Virus record (IMG/VR): IMGVR_UViG_3300005613_000124
Location: 1 to 43,877 of that record
Direction: 5' to 3' (one strand)
Source of the DNA: a virus
Lineage: Duplodnaviria; Caudoviricetes
DNA length: 43,877 bases
Both the position numbers and the translations under genes were made by a program. This document shows, piece by piece, positions 37,013 to 43,443 of the stretch. Within the stretch, counting starts at the first letter, position 1. Every line of letters begins with the position of its first letter. The notes under the pieces were generated by a model. The model searched no databases. It was not told the DNA's origin and saw only the letters and a program-made list of their open reading frames with translations.

Positions 37013-37642
37013 TTACACTTCAAGATCAAGGTACGAAAGTTCTCCGAGGCCAATAAATTCGACTCCATCGAATACGGTGTGATGATCAAAATGCCAGTGA
37101 CCGTGAACCCAGAGATCGGGTTTGTGAATGTGAAGAAGATTGTCGAAAAATTGTCTCGTGATACTCGAAATGTCGTACTTCACCTTATTCTTTTGACGAA
37201 GAACGTGATTTACGACCTCATCCGGGCACTCGTGAGTCACAACTACCGAGGGTTTTACCATATCATAGACTTCGGTCAAGATGAGAAATTCCGAATACGT
37301 AAGTTCTTCCCTCTCCCACCAATCGAAACCCTCCGTACGAAGATGCTTATCGATAGACAGAGCCCCGCCAACACAGAATATGCTGTCGTCAATGACTTCA
37401 CCGTCCGAGATCCAAAATGGATGAGTACGGCAGTGCGTGGGGTTATCATGATTGCCTCTGATGAATCTGTGATCTCCTTTCGCCATCGCGTCGTGAGGTG
37501 GACGCGAGTACGACTCGGTACGAGGATTGTAAAATCCGATGCCGAAATCCCCGACCTGAATTGATCGGGGACAACCCTGTATGATTTTCTTGTACCGATT
37601 CCACTTTCCGTGAACGTCACCGATAAATCTAATTTTTGTCAT
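37013..37642 (-). CDS. Metallophosphoesterase
   Basis: GDVHG, QVGDFG, GNHD, VGGA-SID, THECP, W-HGHWH. Confidence 0.85.
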   Translation of the reverse strand: MTKIRFIGDVHGKWNRYKKIIQGCPRSIQVGDFGIGFYNPRTESYSRPPHDAMAKGDHRFIRGNHDNPTHCRTHPFWISDGEVIDDSIFCVGGALSIDKHLRTEGFDWWEREELTYSEFLILTEVYDMVKPSVVVTHECPDEVVNHVLRQKNKVKYDISSITRQFFDNLLHIHKPDLWVHGHWHFDHHTVFDGVEFIGLGELSYLDLEV

Positions 37643-37857
37643 GTGTCAATCCAAACCCATCCTAATAGCAACTTCGTCATCTTACGATGGAACCAATTGG
37701 GTTTCTCGGTAACGTGAACGTGGAAGTTTCCGTTCATGCGCCAACACCCCACAGTGTTAGGGGCCTCCACCTTGAACCCAGAGAGGGTCGGGGTGTTAGC
37801 GTCATATCCGCCGGAGAAACTTTCTCCACCGCCATCGTCGATGTTTAAGTCACCCAT
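37639..37857 (-). CDS. Hypothetical protein, about 72 aa
   Basis: Overlaps the ligase stop and the phosphoesterase start. Confidence 0.5.
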   Translation of the reverse strand: MGDLNIDDGGGESFSGGYDANTPTLSGFKVEAPNTVGCWRMNGNFHVHVTEKPNWFHRKMTKLLLGWVWIDT

Positions 37858-38932
37858 TGAAGATCTCATTGAACTTTTTCTCATTTTGATTCATGAGCCA
37901 CTCGGTGAATCCCCGGGTCTTTCCCGATCGAATGGAGAACATCGCCCCACTCACTTTCGGGTGATGATGTAAGACTTGCGCGGCGAATTCCTTTTGGTTC
38001 ATGTGAGAGTATTCACGAACGAATCCTTCGACGAAGAAAGCGGCATCTTCAAGCACGGCGAGCCGCTGTTGGAAATCGACCTTAAACTCCGGAAAGTAAG
38101 TCCAAAATTCCACGAGATCATCGTTTCGCCAGAGCTCAAAAAAGCTCGGGTCACCGTTGCCTTTGACACGGTGCATTTGAACGTAAGACTCACCTTTGAC
38201 CTTGATTCGATTCCAGTTTTTGTCGATCACGACAAATCCCTCGTGTTGCGAACCTTCGCGCTCATTGGCCCATTCGATCAACTTTCCGATATCGGACCAG
38301 TGACCGTATTCGGTCGCGATCGCGAAGAGTCCCGAGAAGGACTCGACATAGATCTCATCCATGGATCGAGCGTCCCGCGCTCCCAAAAGAGGCAAATAGT
38401 CGAACTTATGATCGACAACAACCTTATTGTCGGGAGTGCACAGCTCAAAGATATAGATGACATCTTCATCGAGTTTTTCGCGAGAGTAATTCGCGTCGTA
38501 AGCACGCCAGAACAGATCCTCGAAAGTCATATCCATCTCGCCGAAACGAATGTTGGCTCCGACAGTTCCGGAGGTGGATACGATCCAACCGTACTCATCG
38601 TGGTGAAAGAGCTTGATCAGGCTTCCGTCGTGCTTCTCGAAAACGCGAGCGGACTTCCAGTCGATTTCCGGCGCCTGAAATTCTCCGGCGTTGAAAAATC
38701 GATCGAAGGCGTAAGCCACCACATCGTAACGATCGCCGTCCGAGCGCTCGACCACGGCGCCTCGACACACGCGAACGATGTCGGAGGACTTATCGGCGGT
38801 CGGGCCGTACTTCAAGCAGAACAGTTCGGGATATCGAGCGTCGTTGGTCACACGGATTCCGTGATCCACCAACGAGTCGATACCGTGGGTGTTTAACCAG
38901 TTTTCGAGAAATTGAACGGAAGTATTTTCCAT
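37850..38932 (-). CDS. RNA ligase (T4 Rnl1-like)
   Basis: CRG, FDRFFN, motif I EKHDGS, FEL...N-VV, EGFVV, R-K-K; start moved to MENTSV. Confidence 0.88.
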   Translation of the reverse strand: MENTSVQFLENWLNTHGIDSLVDHGIRVTNDARYPELFCLKYGPTADKSSDIVRVCRGAVVERSDGDRYDVVAYAFDRFFNAGEFQAPEIDWKSARVFEKHDGSLIKLFHHDEYGWIVSTSGTVGANIRFGEMDMTFEDLFWRAYDANYSREKLDEDVIYIFELCTPDNKVVVDHKFDYLPLLGARDARSMDEIYVESFSGLFAIATEYGHWSDIGKLIEWANEREGSQHEGFVVIDKNWNRIKVKGESYVQMHRVKGNGDPSFFELWRNDDLVEFWTYFPEFKVDFQQRLAVLEDAAFFVEGFVREYSHMNQKEFAAQVLHHHPKVSGAMFSIRSGKTRGFTEWLMNQNEKKFNEIFNG

Positions 38933-38980
38933 GATTCTAGTATACTGTGCCTTGAGGGGCTTTGGGGGCTCGAGTGGACA
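38926..38980. repeat. 55-bp exact direct repeat, copy A (part of palindrome promoter copy 4)
   Basis: Identical to 39154-39208; contains TATACT, 6 nt, ATG of the ligase on the minus strand. Confidence 0.95.
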
Positions 38981-39007
38981 GTTCCTCAACTGGCTCCTCA
39001 GGCTAGC

Positions 39008-39160
39008 TCAGCAACCATTGAGAATATTCCAGAATTGCTTAGAATTGGCTCCAGGAATGTGCGGAAGTTTCTTCTCCCAATATCCTGTAACGTGACGATA
39101 CCATGCTTTCAGAACAGTGATGTCGTTTAAGTTTTTGGTCATAATCGTGTTCGTTTCCAT
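39008..39160 (-). CDS. Hypothetical protein, 50 aa, between the direct repeats (below track cutoff)
   Basis: METNTIMTKNLNDITVLKAWYRHVTGYWEKKLPHIPGANSKQFWNILNGC. Confidence 0.6.
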   Translation of the reverse strand: METNTIMTKNLNDITVLKAWYRHVTGYWEKKLPHIPGANSKQFWNILNGC

Positions 39161-39208
39161 GATTCTAGTATACTGTGCCTTGAGGGGCTTTGGGGGCTCG
39201 AGTGGACA
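39154..39208. repeat. 55-bp exact direct repeat, copy B (part of palindrome promoter copy 5)
   Basis: Identical to 38926-38980; palindrome GAGTGGACA...TGTCCACTC spans 39200-39227. Confidence 0.95.
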
Positions 39209-39402
39209 CTTTCTCGACTGTCCACTCCTCTCGGATTTTCCCTTTCGGCGGTCCCTTCCTCAAGTGGTACGACTGTACTATCCCCCGGCCCTTGCGCCGC
39301 AAGGGGTTTGGCGCTGTCAAAAATCGTTTTTTCCGCGACGAGACCCCTCAACGATAGATACTACGTCGGTCCCGCCCTCGAAATCGAAAAAAGCTAAACT
39401 GT

Positions 39403-39504
39403 CTACTCGTTCAGAGCTTCCACGAAAATAGCCACAACAACTCCCGTCGCGAAGATTACGCACATCAAAACGAGAAGATCGACGCTCCACACTGTCTCGT
39501 TCAT
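39403..39504 (-). CDS. Small single-pass membrane protein, 33 aa
   Basis: MNETVWSVDLLVLMCVIFATGVVVAIFVEALNE; starts 3 nt after the upstream stop. Confidence 0.5.
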   Translation of the reverse strand: MNETVWSVDLLVLMCVIFATGVVVAIFVEALNE

Positions 39505-39507
39505 GAC

Positions 39508-39819
39508 TCAATCCGGTCTTCCCTCATTCGGACGTCGATGAAACCACTCGGCGAGCACGTCCGGATCCTGCGGTCCGAGAAGATGATTGGAAGGGTCAGG
39601 ATCCCCGAGATCGAGACCGTTTAACAATTCATCGAGAGACCCTGGCTCCGCCTTTCCCTGAATCGCCTCTCTTCTCGCCTGATTGAGAATGCGCGCCGCG
39701 GATCGATTATTGTCCGCCCACTTTTGCGCCCAATTCATTTCCTCGAACGAGACGTGAATCCCGCCTGCGATACGGGCGGCGATATCCTCGAGACGAAGTC
39801 TTGTTTTGGTCGAAAGCAT
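39508..39819 (-). CDS. Conserved cyanophage/cyanobacterial-type hypothetical protein
   Basis: MLST--RLRLE-I...WA-K-A...LGDPDPSNH pattern recalled from cyanophage proteins. Confidence 0.65.
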   Translation of the reverse strand: MLSTKTRLRLEDIAARIAGGIHVSFEEMNWAQKWADNNRSAARILNQARREAIQGKAEPGSLDELLNGLDLGDPDPSNHLLGPQDPDVLAEWFHRRPNEGRPD

Positions 39820-39852
39820 TTTGGTCTCTCTGCTGGGTTTGTTTTACCTCAG

Positions 39853-39925
39853 TGCTGGTCGCGAGGATCGAACTCGCCTCCCTCGAATTATGAGTTCGAT
39901 GCATTCACCAGATTGCTAGACCAGC
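39853..39925 (-). tRNA. tRNA with CAT anticodon (Ile2 or elongator Met)
   Basis: Cloverleaf; TCGAA-CTCATAA-TTCGA. Confidence 0.85.
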
Positions 39926-39928
39926 AAG

Positions 39929-39949
39929 AAAAAGAGGGCCGAAGCCCTC
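39929..39949 (-). terminator. Terminator after peroxiredoxin
   Basis: GAGGGC-TTCG-GCCCTC-TTTTT. Confidence 0.7.
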
Positions 39950-39964
39950 AGATATGTCTATACG

Positions 39965-40504
39965 TCAAGCGGCGACGGCTTCCACGGTTTCCGCAGGAGC
40001 GGCATCAGCGTCGCGCTTAGCTTCGAGATACTGAATAACCCGTTCGGGAGTGGACGCTTCGTAGGGATCGTCGGAGGCGTTATCACGCTTGCCCTCCTCG
40101 ACGCCGGACCACTCCAGCTCACCGTCATTTACGACGATCGCGTAACGCCAGCTGCGAATCGCGAAACCGACGTTGGTCTTCTGCACAGCCATACCGGCCG
40201 CGGCGGTAAACGCTCCGTTGCCGTCGGGAAGGGCTTTGACTTTCTTGACGCCGAGAGAGTCGAACCAGGCGTTCATCACGAAAGCGTCGTTCACGGACAG
40301 GCAGTACACATCGTCGGCATCGAGCGCGCGGATCTCGTCGTAGGCGGCTTCGAACCCGGGAAGCTGTTGCTCCGTGCAGGTGGGAGTGAAGGCGCCGGGC
40401 AGTGCGAATACGACCACACGTTTGCCGGAGAAAATTTCTTTCGAGGTGCGAGTCACGAACTCGCCGCTCTCACGAAAGATGAAATCTACGATGGGAAGAT
40501 TCAT
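39965..40504 (-). CDS. Peroxiredoxin (Prx5/type II)
   Basis: PGAFTPTC, SVNDAFVMNAW, PDGNG, RSWRY. Confidence 0.92.
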   Translation of the reverse strand: MNLPIVDFIFRESGEFVTRTSKEIFSGKRVVVFALPGAFTPTCTEQQLPGFEAAYDEIRALDADDVYCLSVNDAFVMNAWFDSLGVKKVKALPDGNGAFTAAAGMAVQKTNVGFAIRSWRYAIVVNDGELEWSGVEEGKRDNASDDPYEASTPERVIQYLEAKRDADAAPAETVEAVAA

Positions 40505-40560
40505 TTTGTCTTGATTGCTTGTTTGCTTGTTTGCTCATGAGCGGGAGGATCATCCTCCCA

Positions 40561-40633
40561 AGCCCCCAGCAGGACTTGAACCCGCGACATCGGCTTTACA
40601 AAAGCCGCGCTCTACCAGCTGAGCTATAAGGGC
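40561..40633 (-). tRNA. tRNA-Thr(TGT)
   Basis: CGGCT-TTTGTAA-AGCCG. Confidence 0.92.
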
Positions 40634-40634
40634 G

Positions 40635-40655
40635 AGAAAGGGAGCCGAAGCTCCC
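40635..40655 (-). terminator. Hairpin/terminator after the RlpA-like gene
   Basis: GGGAGC-TTCG-GCTCCC-TTTCT. Confidence 0.6.
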
Positions 40656-40672
40656 GGAATCTATTATACGAT

Positions 40673-41038
40673 TTACACGAGTTGGTAACACACGTTGATG
40701 TGACCTTTATCGGGTGATGCCAATGTTTTGAAAGCTGCGTATGATAGATCCAATTCGCGTCCCCAAACGTACGGACCGCGATCGTTGATTCGCACAACGA
40801 CCGAACGATTATTGTGAGTCACGCGAAGACGAGTTCCGAGAGGAAGTGTACGGTGCGCGGCGGTAAGAGCGTAGGTGTTGAACCTCTCACCGCTCGCCGT
40901 GATCCGACCGTGATAGCCATCGCCGATGCCATAATGACTGGCTCCTCCGCAACTCGCGGCTTGTGCCGAAAGAGGAAGAAACGACGTCATCGCGAGAGCG
41001 GTCAGACCACAAAGGGACTTGAGTTTCAAAGAAAGCAC
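40673..41038 (-). CDS. rlpA: RlpA-like lytic transglycosylase (DPBB) with signal peptide
   Basis: [30 protein letters not shown]. Confidence 0.9.
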   Translation of the reverse strand: MLSLKLKSLCGLTALAMTSFLPLSAQAASCGGASHYGIGDGYHGRITASGERFNTYALTAAHRTLPLGTRLRVTHNNRSVVVRINDRGPYVWGRELDLSYAAFKTLASPDKGHINVCYQLV

Positions 41039-41148
41039 AGAATCAAACAGAATTCAACATCCGTATAGAGGACGGTCACTCGCCCGTTTTAGGACGCATT
41101 CCTCCACGGCACACTGGTCTTGTCATACAAGACTGAGTAATTATACAC

Positions 41149-41179
41149 AAAAAGAGGAAGAGATGAATCTCTCTTCCTC
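41149..41179 (-). terminator. Terminator ending the tRNA/tmRNA transcript
   Basis: GAGGAAGAGA-GATTCA-TCTCTTCCTC-TTTTT. Confidence 0.8.
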
Positions 41180-41336
41180 GGGATTCGTCACGGGTGGGTC
41201 GCTCAGGCGGCGACGGCCACGCGCTCGAAAGCTACGATGTTGTTGGCGTTTATACCAGAACCCTCCAGCCCGTCGAAAGCCTTTCATCCCCATGAGTGGA
41301 GATGCGGGTAATCGAAACCCGGTCCGAACTGGATTG
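41180..41336 (-). ncRNA. ssrA: Two-piece (circularly permuted) tmRNA; tag ANNIVAFERVAVAA
   Basis: T-arm and 3' acceptor strand CATCTCC-A (41321-41297) precede 5' strand GGGGATG (41291-41285); G3.U70 pair; tag frame 41247-41203. Outer ends approximate. Confidence 0.88.
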
Positions 41337-41352
41337 TTGCCCCGAAGGGCAA

Positions 41353-41424
41353 TGGGTCATGTTGGGATCGAACCAACGGCCAACCGGTTAAAAGCCGGAT
41401 GCTCTACCTCTGAGCTAATGACCC
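41353..41424 (-). tRNA. tRNA-Lys(TTT)
   Basis: CCGG-CTTTTAA-CCGG. Confidence 0.92.
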
Positions 41425-41426
41425 AA

Positions 41427-41498
41427 TGGACTGTACTGGGCTCGAACCAGTGACCTCCACCGTGTCAAGGTGGCGCTCTACCGCTGAGCTAACCGTCC
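41427..41498 (-). tRNA. tRNA-Val(GAC)
   Basis: CCACC-TTGACAC-GGTGG; one acceptor-stem mismatch. Confidence 0.9.
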
Positions 41499-41573
41499 TG
41501 GCGGAAGATACTGGATTCGAACCAGTGACTGCTTGCTTGTAAGGCAAGAACTCTACCGCTGAGTTAATCTCCC
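41499..41573 (-). tRNA. tRNA-Val(TAC), CCA encoded
   Basis: CTTGC-CTTACAA-GCAAG. Confidence 0.9.
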
Positions 41574-41583
41574 TCAAAAAGAA

Positions 41584-41733
41584 TCAAACTTTTGATTCTT
41601 GAATTTTAATCCAATTCAACAAAGCATGACAATGAACTAGTTCTTCAGCATCTTTTTCAGAATCCAAAGAGTTCATATAAAACTCAATTGCTTTGATTAC
41701 TAAGTTGTGATCCTGTTTTGATAGTAATGACAT
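41584..41733 (-). CDS. AT-rich 49-aa hypothetical protein inside the tRNA array
   Basis: MSLLSKQDHNLVIKAIEFY...ALLNWIKIQESKV; CTAAATA upstream. Confidence 0.6.
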   Translation of the reverse strand: MSLLSKQDHNLVIKAIEFYMNSLDSEKDAEELVHCHALLNWIKIQESKV

Positions 41734-41769
41734 AGTTTTTTTTTTCTCTGTATTTAGGATAAAATCCTA

Positions 41770-41843
41770 TGGAGAATATCGGACTCGAACCGATGACATC
41801 TTGCTTGCAAAGCAAGTGCTACTACCAACTGAGCTAATTCCCC
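41770..41843 (-). tRNA. tRNA-Ala(TGC)
   Basis: CTTGC-TTTGCAA-GCAAG; G3.U70. Confidence 0.92.
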
Positions 41844-41938
41844 AAAAGGTCGCAGAGAGTGCCCTCTGCGAACCAGGCACTTGGTTTGTTTCGGATATGA
41901 TGATCCCGAAACTTATGATAGAGTATTAACCCTATCAA

Positions 41939-42010
41939 CTCCAGAGGCAGGATTTGAACCTGCGACCGAGGAGTTAACAGCTCCCAGCTCTGCCACTGAG
42001 CTACTCTGGA
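41939..42010 (-). tRNA. tRNA-Asn(GTT)
   Basis: GGAG-CTGTTAA-CTCC. Confidence 0.92.
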
Positions 42011-42033
42011 ATATTTGGAGAATAAATCTCCAA

Positions 42034-42106
42034 AGCCATTCACAGGACTCGAACCTGCGACCTGAGCTTTACAAAAGCCCTGCTCTACCAGCTGAGCTAG
42101 AATGGC
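42034..42106 (-). tRNA. tRNA-Thr(TGT)
   Basis: GGGCT-TTTGTAA-AGCTC. Confidence 0.92.
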
Positions 42107-42109
42107 AAA

Positions 42110-42186
42110 TGGGGGCGGGAGCAGGATTTGAACCTGCGACCTGCGGCTTATGAGACCGCTGAACTACCAGACTGTTCCATCCCGCG
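42110..42186 (-). tRNA. Initiator-type tRNA-Met(CAT)
   Basis: CGCGGG 5' end with unpaired C1; GCGGT-CTCATAA-GCCGC. Confidence 0.88.
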
Positions 42187-42202
42187 ATGTGTTTATATTT
42201 AG

Positions 42203-42231
42203 ATTATGACAGATTCTTTTAAATCTGTCAA
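42203..42231 (-). promoter_or_regulatory. Sigma70-type promoter inside the tRNA array
   Basis: TTGACA-N17-CATAAT overlapped by inverted repeat TGACAGATT/AATCTGTCA; followed by CTAAATA. Confidence 0.7.
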
Positions 42232-42305
42232 CACCCTCTGTAGGATTTGAACCTACGACACATCGGTTCGTAGCCGATTGCTCTAGTCCACTGAGCTAAG
42301 AGGGT
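42232..42305 (-). tRNA. tRNA-Arg(ACG)
   Basis: ATCGG-CTACGAA-CCGAT. Confidence 0.92.
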
Positions 42306-42308
42306 AGG

Positions 42309-42380
42309 CGAAGGGTCAGAGACTTGAACTCTGATCTTTGGTTTTGGAGACCAAGATGCTACCAATTGCACCAACCCAAC
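42309..42380 (-). tRNA. tRNA-Trp(CCA)
   Basis: TTGGT-CTCCAAA-ACCAA; two U-U mismatches in the acceptor stem. Confidence 0.82.
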
Positions 42381-42384
42381 AAGG

Positions 42385-42457
42385 TGTCCGTGAGAGGATT
42401 CGAACCTCCAACAAATAGATCCTTAGTCTATTGACTCTTCCATTGGTCTACACGGAC
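42385..42457 (-). tRNA. tRNA with AAG (Leu) anticodon and short variable loop
   Basis: ATAGA-CTAAGGA-TCTAT; 5-nt variable region. Confidence 0.8.
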
Positions 42458-42460
42458 AAG

Positions 42461-42532
42461 TTCCAGAACTAGGATTCGAACCTAGACAAACACAGTCAAA
42501 GTGTGTTGACCTGCCAATTAGTCGATTCTGGA
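42461..42532 (-). tRNA. tRNA-Gln(TTG)
   Basis: ACACA-CTTTGAC-TGTGT. Confidence 0.88.
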
Positions 42533-42537
42533 ATAGG

Positions 42538-42611
42538 AGTTCAGGGTGGGATTCGAACCCACGAAAAAGAGTTTTGCAGACTCTCGCATTAGACCGCTCT
42601 GCCACCTGAAC
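42538..42611 (-). tRNA. tRNA-Cys(GCA)
   Basis: AGAGT-CTGCAAA-ACTCT; U73. Confidence 0.9.
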
Positions 42612-42613
42612 GG

Positions 42614-42687
42614 GGTGACCGGTGAGATTCGAACTCACGTAAACCAGATCCACAATCTGGCGCATTGACCGACTATGCTACGGCCAC
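42614..42687 (-). tRNA. tRNA-His(GTG)
   Basis: CCAGA-TTGTGGA-TCTGG; C73; no encoded G-1. Confidence 0.9.
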
Positions 42688-42689
42688 AG

Positions 42690-42772
42690 CGGAGGGAACA
42701 GGAATCGAACCCGTGAGGCTTTCACACCCGAGCGTTTTCAAGACGCTTTCCTCGACCAACCGGACTCCCTCC
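42690..42772 (-). tRNA. tRNA-Ser(TGA)
   Basis: AGCGT-CTTGAAA-ACGCT; long variable arm. Confidence 0.88.
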
Positions 42773-42775
42773 AAG

Positions 42776-42850
42776 TGGAGCGGATGAAGGGATTCGAACC
42801 CTCGACTTTCTCCTTGGCAAGGAGATGCTCTACCACTGAGCTACATCCGC
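42776..42850 (-). tRNA. tRNA-Gly(GCC), CCA encoded
   Basis: TCTCC-TTGCCAA-GGAGA. Confidence 0.93.
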
Positions 42851-42870
42851 GAACGTTCCGTGAGGAACGA

Positions 42871-42943
42871 TGGAGAATAGGAGACTCGAACTCCTGGCAT
42901 CCTGCTTGCAAAACAGGCGCTCTACCAGCTGAGCTAATTCCCC
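42871..42943 (-). tRNA. tRNA-Ala(TGC)
   Basis: CCTGT-TTTGCAA-GCAGG. Confidence 0.92.
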
Positions 42944-43024
42944 AGGCGAGATCTGATAGGACTGAACCTACGGCTACAGATCTCCCTCGATCGCCTTCCA
43001 TGCTATCTGCATGACGCGCATCGA

Positions 43025-43096
43025 TGGTCGCTGCTGGGATCGAACCAGCGACATTCTGCTTGTAAGGCAGACGCTCTACCGCTGAGCTAAGCGACC
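43025..43096 (-). tRNA. tRNA-Val(TAC)
   Basis: TCTGC-CTTACAA-GCAGA. Confidence 0.92.
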
Positions 43097-43171
43097 TGGA
43101 GCCACCGATGAGACTTGAACTCATGACCTTTCCCTTACCAAGAGAATGCTCTGCCACTGAGCTACGGTGGC
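43097..43171 (-). tRNA. tRNA-Thr(GGT), CCA encoded
   Basis: TTCTC-TTGGTAA-GGGAA. Confidence 0.92.
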
Positions 43172-43266
43172 GAATGCCCCGTGTTAGAGGACGGGGCAGG
43201 TCATTAGTACGTCCCCTGGCCGACCAGACCCCAGAGTAACGCCCTGACCGCGAATGTGTCAGGGAA

Positions 43267-43348
43267 TGGGAAGAGCCGGATTCGAACCAGCGAAGGCAGA
43301 GCCGCCTGATTTACAGTCAGGTTCCTTTAACCACTCGGAAATCTTCCC
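43267..43348 (-). tRNA. tRNA-Tyr(GTA)
   Basis: CCTGA-CTGTAAA-TCAGG; long variable arm. Confidence 0.92.
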
Positions 43349-43369
43349 CAGGCCGACTCGCGTCGGCGA

Positions 43370-43443
43370 TCGGAGATGCAGGATTCGAACCTGCGACCCT
43401 CTGTTCCCAAAACAGATGCGCTACCAAGCTGCGCTAATCCCCG
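43370..43443 (-). tRNA. tRNA-Pro(TGG)
   Basis: TCTGT-TTTGGGA-ACAGA. Confidence 0.92.

Noticed and set aside
38926-39208. CRISPR-like repeat-spacer unit
   Set aside because: Only two copies, 55 bp long with a 173-bp coding spacer; explained as a promoter duplication; no cas genes in the window.
39139-39511. Track ORFs 39317-39511 and 39139-39351
   Set aside because: Non-ATG starts and overlap with promoter elements; the 33-aa membrane ORF in another frame is more plausible.
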